From contig JAGOQX010000001.1 in assembly GCA_018063105.1 (NCBI GenBank), positions 8,551-72,550 of the forward strand: a stretch of DNA of 64,000 nt, given 5' to 3'. The translations under genes and the position numbers were made by a program. The stretch's first letter is position 1. Each line of letters opens with the position of its first letter. Origin of the DNA: Patescibacteria group bacterium. Lineage in GTDB: Bacteria > Patescibacteriota > Patescibacteriia > 2-12-FULL-60-25. Below, in pieces: positions 8,917-17,481 of the stretch. A model generated the notes under the pieces. That model did not search any database, was not told the DNA's origin, and saw nothing but the letters and a program-made list of their open reading frames with translations.

Positions 8917-9165
8917 ATGAATAAGGAGATCAACAATCACGAAGTCTATTCAACGGTTGAAGCACAACAGCTGCTTAAAATCAGCGAAAGCACCATCAAG
9001 AGACTGCTCAAAAAGGGGCTCATCAAAGCAAATAAAGTCGGCGGCCAATATCGCATTCTTGGAAAAGAGCTGCTTCGCCTTGTTTCACCAGAAGCGGAAC
9101 AACAAGCGATACAATCTTATCTGAAGCTCAAGAAAAAAATCGTCACAAAGATCAACCCTTGGTAA
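8917..9165 (+). CDS. Small excisionase/MerR-type helix-turn-helix (HTH_17-like) DNA-binding protein
   Basis: 82-aa ORF. YSTVEAQQLLKISESTIKRLLKKGLIKANKVGGQYRILGKELLRLV matches the excisionase-family HTH pattern (helix, then a basic wing ...G..yRI). Confidence 0.65.
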   Translation: MNKEINNHEVYSTVEAQQLLKISESTIKRLLKKGLIKANKVGGQYRILGKELLRLVSPEAEQQAIQSYLKLKKKIVTKINPW

Positions 9166-9171
9166 CTTGAT

Positions 9172-9987
9172 ATGGAAACCGTCATTCGACCAAAAAAGAC
9201 GATAAGCCTCGAAGATTTCAAAGAGATCTGGCGCTATAAAGAGCTCCTCTATTTCTTCACATGGCGCGATCTTAAGGTCCGATACAAACAAACGGCTATC
9301 GGCGTTCTCTGGGCAATCTTCCAACCTTTCATGACGATGGTCGTTTTTACGATGTTCTTTGGGAATCTCCTAAAGGTTCCATCCGATGGGGTTCCCTATC
9401 CAATTTTTGTGTATATCGGACTTCTCTTCTGGCAATTCTTTTCTAGCGCACTTTCGGATACGAGTAATGTGCTCATTTCAAATCAAGCAATTATTACAAA
9501 AGTTTATTTTCCAAGACTTATTCTTCCATTTTCATCGGTAGCAACAAAACTCATCGATTTTGCAATCGCGTCAATCATTCTCATTGGAATGATGGTATAT
9601 TACGGCTATACTCCGCGTCCTGTTGGCATCCTCATTCTCCCCGTCCTCATCAGTATTACTTTCATGGCATCAGTTGGTGGCGGATTGTTTCTCGCGGCTG
9701 TAAACGTAAAATATAGAGATGTTCGATATGTTCTTCCGTTTTTCATCCAGATCCTTCTCTTCGTCACACCGGTTATCTATCCGGCTGGTATCGTAGGCAG
9801 ATATTCATGGGTCCTCGCCCTGAATCCAATGATGGGGGTCATCCAAACTGCACGCGCTGCATTTCTAGGTACCGCGCCTATAAATTGGACGCTCCTCACG
9901 CTCTCCTCTGCTGCCAGTGCAATCCTGTTTGTTATTGGCATTATCTATTTCAAAAAAGTCGAGCGTTATTTCGCTGATATCATCTAA
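9172..9987 (+). CDS. wzm: ABC-2 type polysaccharide export permease (Wzm/TagG-like)
   Basis: 271-aa ORF. YKELLYFFTWRDLKVRYKQTAIGVLWAIFQPF signature followed by 6 TM helices. Confidence 0.9.
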   Translation: METVIRPKKTISLEDFKEIWRYKELLYFFTWRDLKVRYKQTAIGVLWAIFQPFMTMVVFTMFFGNLLKVPSDGVPYPIFVYIGLLFWQFFSSALSDTSNVLISNQAIITKVYFPRLILPFSSVATKLIDFAIASIILIGMMVYYGYTPRPVGILILPVLISITFMASVGGGLFLAAVNVKYRDVRYVLPFFIQILLFVTPVIYPAGIVGRYSWVLALNPMMGVIQTARAAFLGTAPINWTLLTLSSAASAILFVIGIIYFKKVERYFADII

Positions 9988-9993
9988 ATCTCT

Positions 9994-11268
9994 ATGGAAC
10001 CAATCATCGAAATCAAAGGTGTAGGAAAAAAATATAACATCACACATCAGCGTGGAGGATACATTGCGCTTCGCGATATCTTTGCGAATATTCTTCGAAA
10101 TCCATTTAAATTTGCAAAACAAAAAGCAAAACAAATAGTAGGACTTGAAACAAAAGAAGAGTTTTGGGCTCTTCGTAATATCAATCTCGAAATACAAAAA
10201 GGCGAGATCATTGGAATCATTGGCCACAACGGAGCTGGAAAATCAACACTTCTGAAAATTCTTTCAAGGATAACACCGCCAATAGAAGGAGAAATCATCA
10301 TGCGAGGCAAAGTCGCGTCGCTACTTGAAGTAGGAACTGGATTTCATCCAGAGTTGACAGGACGCGAAAATATTTTTCTGAACGGCGCAATTATCGGCAT
10401 GACGCAAAAAGAAATCGCGCGAAAATTTGATGAAATCGTCGCGTTCGCCGGAGTTGAAAAATTTCTTGATACGCCGGTCAAATACTATTCAAGCGGAATG
10501 TTTGTCCGACTCGCCTTTTCCGTTGCGGCACATATGGAACCGGACATTCTGATCATCGATGAAGTTCTTGCCGTCGGCGATGCGGAATTTCAAAAAAAAT
10601 GCTTGGGAAAAATGGAAGAAGTGACAAAAGCAGAAGGAAGAACAATTTTATTTGTCAGTCATAATATTGGAGCCATCCAACAATTATGTAAAAAATGCGC
10701 ACTACTGGAACATGGCAAGCTAAAAAGCTTTGGTCCGACCGAACAAATCGTCGCCGAATATCTTGGTAGCAACAAAACACTCGGCGCAACTTCAAGTATT
10801 CTCAATAATCAACATCTCAAGGGAACGCGTGAAGCTACTATCACGGAAGTGGGCATTAGCAATAAGGAGATTAAAAAGAATGCGTTTCTCATCAATGAAC
10901 CCATTCAATTTGATATCAACTTCAACGTCCAACCGAACGCGCGTCCGCTTTCATTTTGGATCATATTCACGAATCAAGAAGGATCCAGAGTCTTAAACAC
11001 CTTTCAAAAAGATATCGAAAAACCGAATGCGTACACGCCAGGCCAGCATACGATACGTGTAACACTTAACGACATTGGCCTCATGCCTGGTAGATATACT
11101 GCTCTTATCGGTATCTTTGCACACGACATGGCTACAAAATTCGATTTCGCAGATTGGGTCGAACCAGCACAAGTCTTCGACATCGCACCAACGTTCTCCG
11201 ACGGCACTCCATTTGACGGCCGATGGGGAACTATGACAACGAAAGCCAATTGGAAAACAACCCTATGA
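9994..11268 (+). CDS. wzt: Polysaccharide export ABC ATPase with C-terminal substrate-binding extension (Wzt/TagH-like)
   Basis: 424-aa ORF. Walker A GHNGAGKST, signature YSSGMFVRLAFS and Walker B ILIIDEVLAVGD. An additional roughly 170-aa beta-rich C-terminal domain sits where the Wzt_C carbohydrate-binding module lies. Confidence 0.9.
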   Translation: MEPIIEIKGVGKKYNITHQRGGYIALRDIFANILRNPFKFAKQKAKQIVGLETKEEFWALRNINLEIQKGEIIGIIGHNGAGKSTLLKILSRITPPIEGEIIMRGKVASLLEVGTGFHPELTGRENIFLNGAIIGMTQKEIARKFDEIVAFAGVEKFLDTPVKYYSSGMFVRLAFSVAAHMEPDILIIDEVLAVGDAEFQKKCLGKMEEVTKAEGRTILFVSHNIGAIQQLCKKCALLEHGKLKSFGPTEQIVAEYLGSNKTLGATSSILNNQHLKGTREATITEVGISNKEIKKNAFLINEPIQFDINFNVQPNARPLSFWIIFTNQEGSRVLNTFQKDIEKPNAYTPGQHTIRVTLNDIGLMPGRYTALIGIFAHDMATKFDFADWVEPAQVFDIAPTFSDGTPFDGRWGTMTTKANWKTTL

Positions 11269-11825
11269 TACACTCACTTTCTCAAGGCGCTTTGATTTGG
11301 ATTACCGGACTCCCAGGTGCGGGAAAAACAACGACGGCAAAACATCTATACGAACTTGTAAAAGATCAAGTGCCTACCGTCTGTATCGATGGTGATGTTA
11401 TGCGTGAGCTTATGGGCGGAGACCTTGGATACACTGACAGTGACCGGCTCGCTAACGCATATCGTATTGCTCGACTATGTAAGCACTTGGTCGATCATCG
11501 TCTTCTTGTCATCTGTTCTACCGTCTCATTATATAAAGAAATTCATGAATGGATTCGCACGTACATTGCGATTACGACAATCGTCCTCATCGATGTAGAC
11601 TTCTCCACGCTCGTCCAGCGCGATCAAAAAGGAATGTACAGCCAAGCACTCGCTGGACAGCTCACAAACGTACGCGGAGTAAACCAGGCATATGACATTC
11701 CCGAGGCACCAGAATTTACCATACAGAATAACGGGAATATTGAAACGCTCTTCGCCCTCGCGCCGCAAATCATGGATACTGTTCTGCAGCGACTTCAGGT
11801 ACACACGGACTCACCGAGCGTATGA
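11265..11825 (+). CDS. APS-kinase-fold P-loop kinase; candidate cytidine diphosphoramidate kinase (Cj1415 type)
   Basis: Start moved to the ATG at 11265, an ATGA overlap with the wzt stop. 186 aa. WITGLPGAGKTT, IDGDVMRE..GDLGYTDSDR and RDQKGMYSQALAGQLTNVRGVNQAYDIPEAPE align motif-for-motif with CysC. No ATP sulfurylase is in the window. Confidence 0.75.
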   Translation: MIHSLSQGALIWITGLPGAGKTTTAKHLYELVKDQVPTVCIDGDVMRELMGGDLGYTDSDRLANAYRIARLCKHLVDHRLLVICSTVSLYKEIHEWIRTYIAITTIVLIDVDFSTLVQRDQKGMYSQALAGQLTNVRGVNQAYDIPEAPEFTIQNNGNIETLFALAPQIMDTVLQRLQVHTDSPSV

Positions 11826-14221
11826 TTATAAAAAATCCATCCTCTACCATTTCTTTTGGGAGTAAAGCGGAAACTCTGGAACGACTTCGCCCGCATCTCC
11901 ATTCTGCCGTGATAGATCCTCTCTATTTTTTTACCGTACAAGAATGGAACAACGATCGTGCATCCATTGTAAAAAAAATACACTCTTTTTTAGGCGACCA
12001 CCCGCTCGTTGTTCGTAGCAGCGCAATAGATGAAGACGGCCTGAACCAATCAAATGCGGGACACTACACCTCGACTCTTAATATCCCTGCACAAGATACT
12101 CAAAAACTTGAGTCTGCCGTTGATGCGACCATCACTTCTTATACGGACAATCGTGCGGACCACCAAGTGTTCGCGCAGCCTTTTCTCAATTCCGTTGAAA
12201 TGAGCGGGGTCATTTTTACACGTGACATCAATTCATTCGCTTCGTATGTCACCATTAACTACGATGATGAAAGCGGTCGAACAGATACGGTGACAAACGG
12301 ATCAAACAACCGATCTAAAACGTTTATCTTTCTTAAAGAACGCTGCTACGAACTCACTGATGAGCGATTCCGTCGTTTACTCGATGTCGTAGAAGAACTT
12401 GAACGGTTATTTGAAAATGATGCACTCGACATTGAATTTGCAGTTCGGAACAATGCGATTCATGTGCTCCAGGTGCGACCGATCGTACGCAAACATAATG
12501 CTATCGACGTACCAGATGCAACGCGCCTGCGTACAACACTTCAACAGATCTACGATCGAATAAAAGAACTAGCAACCCCTCACCCAGATCTATATGGCAA
12601 AGAAACGCTGTATGGCATTATGCCGGATTGGAATCCGGCAGAAATGATCGGAATCAAACCACGACCTCTCGCGCTCTCCCTGTATCGAGAGTTGATTACG
12701 GACAACGTTTGGGCGTATCAACGGGACAACTATGGCTATAAACGGCTGCGTAGTTTTCCGCTCCTTGTTTCATTCGCCGGTCATCCATATATCGATGTAC
12801 GAGTGGACTTCAATTCGTTCATTCCTAAAGCCATTCCAGACGAACTTTCGCATCGACTGACGGATTTTTATTTACAAAAATTACAAGCATCGCCTGCGAG
12901 TCACGACAAAATAGAATTTGACATCGTGTATTCCTGTTACACGTTTGATCTACCAAATAGAATGACCGAGCTTCTTCAGCACGGATTTACGACCGAGGAT
13001 ATCAATCTCATCACCAACTCCTTACGTCAACTCACACTCGGCATCATCGGGAACGACGATACTCCAGGTCTCTATACCACCGACCTCGAACGAATTCACA
13101 CGTTAGATGGAAGACGAGAGACACTCCTCGCCTCGCCTCTATCGGATATCAACAAAATTTACTGGCTTATTGAGGATTGCAAACGATATGGCACGCTCCC
13201 GTTCGCCGGTATCGCGCGAGCTGGCTTTGTCGCGATGTCTTTACTTCAATCAATGGTCACTTGCGGCATCCTCACCTCTGAGGAAAAACAACGTTTTCTC
13301 AATTCGTTACACACGATTACTCGACAACTGAATGTAGATACGCGTGCACTCAATGCCGAGCGCATGAGTCACCAAGAATTTCTCAAAAAATACGGCCATC
13401 TTCGTCCAGGTACGTATGACATCACACTCGGAAATTACTCCGAACAATTCGATACATACTTTCAACGCACACCGTCCACAACGACTAATACGAATGATCT
13501 GCATCCGCAAACCTTTCATCTGACCGACGTCCAGACAGGGGCCATCCGAATGCTTCTTGATGAACACAGCCTACCGATGAGTGTAGAGCATCTTTTTCAA
13601 TTCATCCGCGAAGCCATTGAGGGTCGTGAATACGCAAAATTTGCATTTACGAAAAACGTTTCCCAAGTCCTAACACTGATAAAGGGCTATGGAAAGCAAA
13701 TGAACTTAGATTCGGAACAACTATCCTTTACGGAAATTGGCACATTCCTGCGATTTTATTCGACAGTCGCATACTTTGATGAACAGGACGTCTTAACTGC
13801 GGAGATCGAACGGAACCAAAAAATGTATCACTTGTACAAAGTATTAAAACTTCCGCATCTCATCTGCAAGCCTGAAGATGTATTCGCCTTTCATGTTGGT
13901 ACAATGGAACCAAACTACATTACCCAGACAATCGCTGAAGGCGACATTCACGTTTTACGTTCAACCGATACGCCCGAAATGCTGCACGGAAAAATCACAT
14001 GCATTGAAAGTGCAGATCCAGGATTTGATTGGATCTTTTCCCACAACATCGCAGGGCTCATCACGACCTATGGTGGTGCTAATTCACATATGGCTATACG
14101 CGCCGCGGAACTCAATATTCCAGCAGTGATCGGTTGCGGCCCACTCCTATTCGAACAGTGGAGCCACGAGCGGCGTATACGTCTTGACGCAGCAACACGA
14201 CGCGTTATTCCTCTTCTATGA
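11822..14221 (+). CDS. PEP-utilising/PPDK-like three-domain enzyme; candidate L-glutamine kinase (Cj1418 type)
   Basis: 799-aa ORF. N-terminal PPDK_N/ATP-grasp motif LVVRSSAIDEDGLNQSNAGHYTS. C-terminal phosphohistidine swivel domain ITTYGGANSHMAIRAAELNIPAVIGCG. ATGA overlap with the upstream gene. Confidence 0.7.
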   Translation: MIIKNPSSTISFGSKAETLERLRPHLHSAVIDPLYFFTVQEWNNDRASIVKKIHSFLGDHPLVVRSSAIDEDGLNQSNAGHYTSTLNIPAQDTQKLESAVDATITSYTDNRADHQVFAQPFLNSVEMSGVIFTRDINSFASYVTINYDDESGRTDTVTNGSNNRSKTFIFLKERCYELTDERFRRLLDVVEELERLFENDALDIEFAVRNNAIHVLQVRPIVRKHNAIDVPDATRLRTTLQQIYDRIKELATPHPDLYGKETLYGIMPDWNPAEMIGIKPRPLALSLYRELITDNVWAYQRDNYGYKRLRSFPLLVSFAGHPYIDVRVDFNSFIPKAIPDELSHRLTDFYLQKLQASPASHDKIEFDIVYSCYTFDLPNRMTELLQHGFTTEDINLITNSLRQLTLGIIGNDDTPGLYTTDLERIHTLDGRRETLLASPLSDINKIYWLIEDCKRYGTLPFAGIARAGFVAMSLLQSMVTCGILTSEEKQRFLNSLHTITRQLNVDTRALNAERMSHQEFLKKYGHLRPGTYDITLGNYSEQFDTYFQRTPSTTTNTNDLHPQTFHLTDVQTGAIRMLLDEHSLPMSVEHLFQFIREAIEGREYAKFAFTKNVSQVLTLIKGYGKQMNLDSEQLSFTEIGTFLRFYSTVAYFDEQDVLTAEIERNQKMYHLYKVLKLPHLICKPEDVFAFHVGTMEPNYITQTIAEGDIHVLRSTDTPEMLHGKITCIESADPGFDWIFSHNIAGLITTYGGANSHMAIRAAELNIPAVIGCGPLLFEQWSHERRIRLDAATRRVIPLL

Positions 14222-15006
14222 ACGCTATCATTCTCGCGGCAGGCATGGGTACACGACTCGGCGCATACACCGCCGATCGTCCAAAATGCACCTTGTTATT
14301 CAAGGGCAAGCAACTAATCGAGCATCAGGTGGATACCCTGCGTCGCGCTGGTATTACAGATATTACAATCGTGCGAGGCTATCATTCAGAATGCATACAA
14401 ATTCCGGGAGTTCGATACGTTCAAAATGATGATTTCATGAATACGAACATGGTTGAAACACTCTTCTGTGCAGAATCTGAAATCAAAGGCGACACACTTA
14501 TTGCTTACGCAGACATTCTCTACGAACCACGCGTCATCGCGGCGATTCAAGCGAGCACCGTCGACATCGGCGTTACCGTCGATACGGATTACTGGACCTA
14601 TTGGTCAGCTCGACTCGATCATCCGGAGCAAGACACGGAAAGTCTCGTTGTGAACGATCAAGGGACGATTATCGAATTAGGCGATTCAAGCTGTCCGTCA
14701 GAAAAAGCGCGCATTCGATATGTCGGACTCATCAAACTATCTCAAAAAGGTGCTGAAGCGCTCAAGCGCGTCTATCATGAAAACAGCATCGCTCACAGCA
14801 ATTCAAACGAGCCATGGAAACGGTCCAAATGCTTCCGCAAGGCGTATATGACCTGTTTATTACAAGCGGTGATCGATTCTGGTTTTCCCGTTCATCCCAT
14901 CGAAATTCAACACGGATGGATTGAATTCGACACTGTTGAAGATTACGAACGCGCCGCAAAGTGGGACGCGGAAGGCAATCTGGATCGCTTTATCCACCTC
15001 ACATAA
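14218..15006 (+). CDS. LicC-like nucleotidyltransferase; candidate CTP:phosphoglutamine cytidylyltransferase (Cj1416 type)
   Basis: 262-aa ORF. MNAIILAAGMGTRLG...DRPKCTL NTP-transferase signature. ATGA overlap with the upstream gene. Confidence 0.7.
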   Translation: MNAIILAAGMGTRLGAYTADRPKCTLLFKGKQLIEHQVDTLRRAGITDITIVRGYHSECIQIPGVRYVQNDDFMNTNMVETLFCAESEIKGDTLIAYADILYEPRVIAAIQASTVDIGVTVDTDYWTYWSARLDHPEQDTESLVVNDQGTIIELGDSSCPSEKARIRYVGLIKLSQKGAEALKRVYHENSIAHSNSNEPWKRSKCFRKAYMTCLLQAVIDSGFPVHPIEIQHGWIEFDTVEDYERAAKWDAEGNLDRFIHLT

Positions 15007-15008
15007 CT

Positions 15009-15677
15009 ATGCGTATTGCCATTTCACAACGCTCGATCACGCATGAGCAGGGCGCGCGCCTGGATGCTCTTGAGCAAGACTACATCCGCTATTATCAAAC
15101 GTTCGGGTACACGCTCATTCCCATCCCGAATGTCCTCAATGATCCAGATTCCTACCTGTCATCCATTGGCATTCAAGGCATTATTCTGAGCGGCGGAGGC
15201 GACGTTCATCCATCGCTCTATGGTCATCCGGCAGCATCAACTGGATCCTACATGCCGGAACGCGATCGAACGGAACGCCTGCTCGTACAATACGCCATCG
15301 ATCATGCAATACCTCTCTTTGGCGAGTGCCGTGGCGCCCAATTCCTCAATGTATTTTTTGGTGGATCCCTCATCGAGGATCTGGTAGAGTACTTACCGCA
15401 TGCGATGAGCCATGTACAAACCCAACATATTGTGACATTCCACCCAAACGACCGGCTCCCCAATCTTCCGCCAGGGACAGAAACCAATTCGTACCATCGT
15501 CACGGCTTCACAGAAAAAGAACTCGCGCCAAACCTCCGCCCTTTTGCATCAACCGGTGACGGTGTCATCGAAGGCTTTATTCATGCCTCCATGCCGATCA
15601 TCGGAATCCAATGGCATCCGGAACGCGGCAAACCAGATGACAGCACCACATCACTCATCAAAACGCTTTTCAGATAG
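15009..15677 (+). CDS. Class I glutamine amidotransferase / peptidase C26-like hydrolase; candidate gamma-glutamyl-CDP-amidate hydrolase (Cj1417 type)
   Basis: Start moved to the ATG at 15009 (MRIAISQR), 2 nt after the upstream stop. 222 aa. ILSGGGDV, nucleophile motif GECRGAQFLN, and IQWHPER with His/Glu. Confidence 0.7.
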   Translation: MRIAISQRSITHEQGARLDALEQDYIRYYQTFGYTLIPIPNVLNDPDSYLSSIGIQGIILSGGGDVHPSLYGHPAASTGSYMPERDRTERLLVQYAIDHAIPLFGECRGAQFLNVFFGGSLIEDLVEYLPHAMSHVQTQHIVTFHPNDRLPNLPPGTETNSYHRHGFTEKELAPNLRPFASTGDGVIEGFIHASMPIIGIQWHPERGKPDDSTTSLIKTLFR

Positions 15678-15704
15678 CATCTTTATTCCTCACTCTTCCT
15701 TCAT

Positions 15705-16493
15705 ATGTCAACCTCCTCAACCTCACAAGCAACAAAAGCCTGGGACTATACAGATCAAGCTGCCTACTACCGTTTCCGTCCGAACTACGCTGAAAAAGCG
15801 ATTGATGATGTATGCGCGTATGTCAATGCAAAAGCTGATCAGTTTGTGGTGGCAGACGTCGGCGCCGGAACAGGAAACTTAACGGTCATGCTCCTCGCTC
15901 GACAACTCCCGTGCATTGCAATAGAACCAAACGATGCCATGCGTACTATCGGCATTGAATCAACAAAAGAGTTTGAACATATTTCATGGCGCACCGGAAC
16001 CGGCGAACACACGACTCTCGATGACGCGTCCGTCGATTGGTTTGCCATGGGCTCATCGTTCAACACCACGGATCGTGAAGCAACACTGAAGGAGGCCCAT
16101 CGCGTTCTGAAGCCGGGTGGATATTTTAGCTGCATGTGGAACCATCGAGACCTTGAAGACCCAATCCAAAAACGCATTGAGGACATTATTCTTTCCATCG
16201 TTCCAACCTATCAACGCGGCACACGTCGCGAAGGACAAGCAGACATCATCCTTTCAAGCAAGCTATTCAATGACGTTCATTACATTGAGCAGCCACAACA
16301 AGTAGAACGAACGCTGGAAGAATATATGAACGGATGGAAGTCTGTGAAAAATATCTATTGGGATCACGAGACAGAACAAGGCAAACAAACATTTAAAGCC
16401 ATTGAAGACGCGGTCAAAAAAGAATTTGGACATCTTGATAAACTACATCTGACGTACGTCACCCGCATATGGACCGCACGCGTCCAAAAATAG
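15705..16493 (+). CDS. Class I SAM-dependent methyltransferase (Cj1419/Cj1420-like position)
   Basis: 262-aa ORF. Motif I VADVGAGTGNLT and VLKPGGYFSCMW. Confidence 0.75.
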   Translation: MSTSSTSQATKAWDYTDQAAYYRFRPNYAEKAIDDVCAYVNAKADQFVVADVGAGTGNLTVMLLARQLPCIAIEPNDAMRTIGIESTKEFEHISWRTGTGEHTTLDDASVDWFAMGSSFNTTDREATLKEAHRVLKPGGYFSCMWNHRDLEDPIQKRIEDIILSIVPTYQRGTRREGQADIILSSKLFNDVHYIEQPQQVERTLEEYMNGWKSVKNIYWDHETEQGKQTFKAIEDAVKKEFGHLDKLHLTYVTRIWTARVQK

Positions 16494-17473
16494 ATCCAAC
16501 TCATCGAGAAACAGCTCTCCTTGCCTCCTCCCAATTCCCATCGGGAGTAGCTTGGCTTCTCAATTTCTTCGTCGAATTAGACGTCCTTATCTATCGCGGA
16601 AACAGTCCGGAAAAAACATGGCTCTATGATTCGAACAACCGCACCTATCGTGTAACCGAGGGTGATCAGATACTAAAGCAATGGATTCCCGCGCTCACCG
16701 ATCAACCGGACCGAACATTTGCCGAATCTCTTTGCATTCGATGGAGTCATGAGTTCCCAAACTCTACCAACGTACAACAAAAAGTGATCCTCATGATGCG
16801 AGATGGACGAGATGCAGTATATTCTCAATATAAACGCGAACATGCTGCCGATAGGGCACTTCAGGATATGTTGCGGATGCACTACGCACCGCTCGACCTA
16901 CCTCCAGCTGAAACATGGGCTACCCACGCGTACCTGTGGCTTCAACGTATTCCGAAGGATCGACTTCATATCATTCGGTTCGAAGACATCAAGACCGATC
17001 CTCTTCCGGAAGTAAAACGACTCCTCGCCTTTCTGGGGATGCAACGATCAGATGAAGATCTCCAGCGAGCAATCACCAGCTCAAGCTTTGAACGTGCAAA
17101 ACAAGCGGAAACTGCCTATCGAGCACAACAGACACAAACGCAATTCGCAGAAGTGAACCGTAAAGGACAACCGGGCGAATGGAAGACGAATTATACACCA
17201 GAAACACTGCGATTTTTCACCGGATTTCCACTATACATTCTCAATACATTCGGGTACGAAACGGATGCATCGACTACGTGTACCGACGCATGCTGTCGCC
17301 TCTTACTCAAGATCAAAAAAGCTCAGGTCGTCTCTCGCTGGTTTATGCGAGTAAACCTTCGCAGTGTCACACAACGGTTCATGCAACAAGTAATAAATAC
17401 AATCAAAAGCCTTCTCCCAAAACAAGTACGGATAGTTACTAAAAAATTAAAACAAAATGTCACCAACAGTTGA
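16469..17473 (+). CDS. Sulfotransferase-fold protein (Sulfotransfer_1-like)
   Basis: 334-aa ORF. 5'-PSB-like loop FPSGVAWLLN. 3'-PB-like MMRDGRDAVYS. IRFEDIKTDPLPEVKRLLAFLG. The C-terminal NRKGQPGEWKTNYTPE matches the RKGxxGDWKNxFT motif of PAPS-dependent sulfotransferases. Confidence 0.75.
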   Translation: MDRTRPKIDPTHRETALLASSQFPSGVAWLLNFFVELDVLIYRGNSPEKTWLYDSNNRTYRVTEGDQILKQWIPALTDQPDRTFAESLCIRWSHEFPNSTNVQQKVILMMRDGRDAVYSQYKREHAADRALQDMLRMHYAPLDLPPAETWATHAYLWLQRIPKDRLHIIRFEDIKTDPLPEVKRLLAFLGMQRSDEDLQRAITSSSFERAKQAETAYRAQQTQTQFAEVNRKGQPGEWKTNYTPETLRFFTGFPLYILNTFGYETDASTTCTDACCRLLLKIKKAQVVSRWFMRVNLRSVTQRFMQQVINTIKSLLPKQVRIVTKKLKQNVTNS

Positions 17474-17481
17474 TTCCACAT

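Noticed and set aside
11265-11825. Annotating the APS-kinase-like gene simply as cysC of assimilatory sulfate activation
   Set aside because: No sulfate adenylyltransferase or PAPS reductase is in the window. The gene is ATGA-coupled to the PPDK-like, nucleotidyltransferase and GATase genes that together reproduce the Cj1415-1418 set. Genuine PAPS synthesis for glycan sulfation is not excluded and is stated as the alternative.
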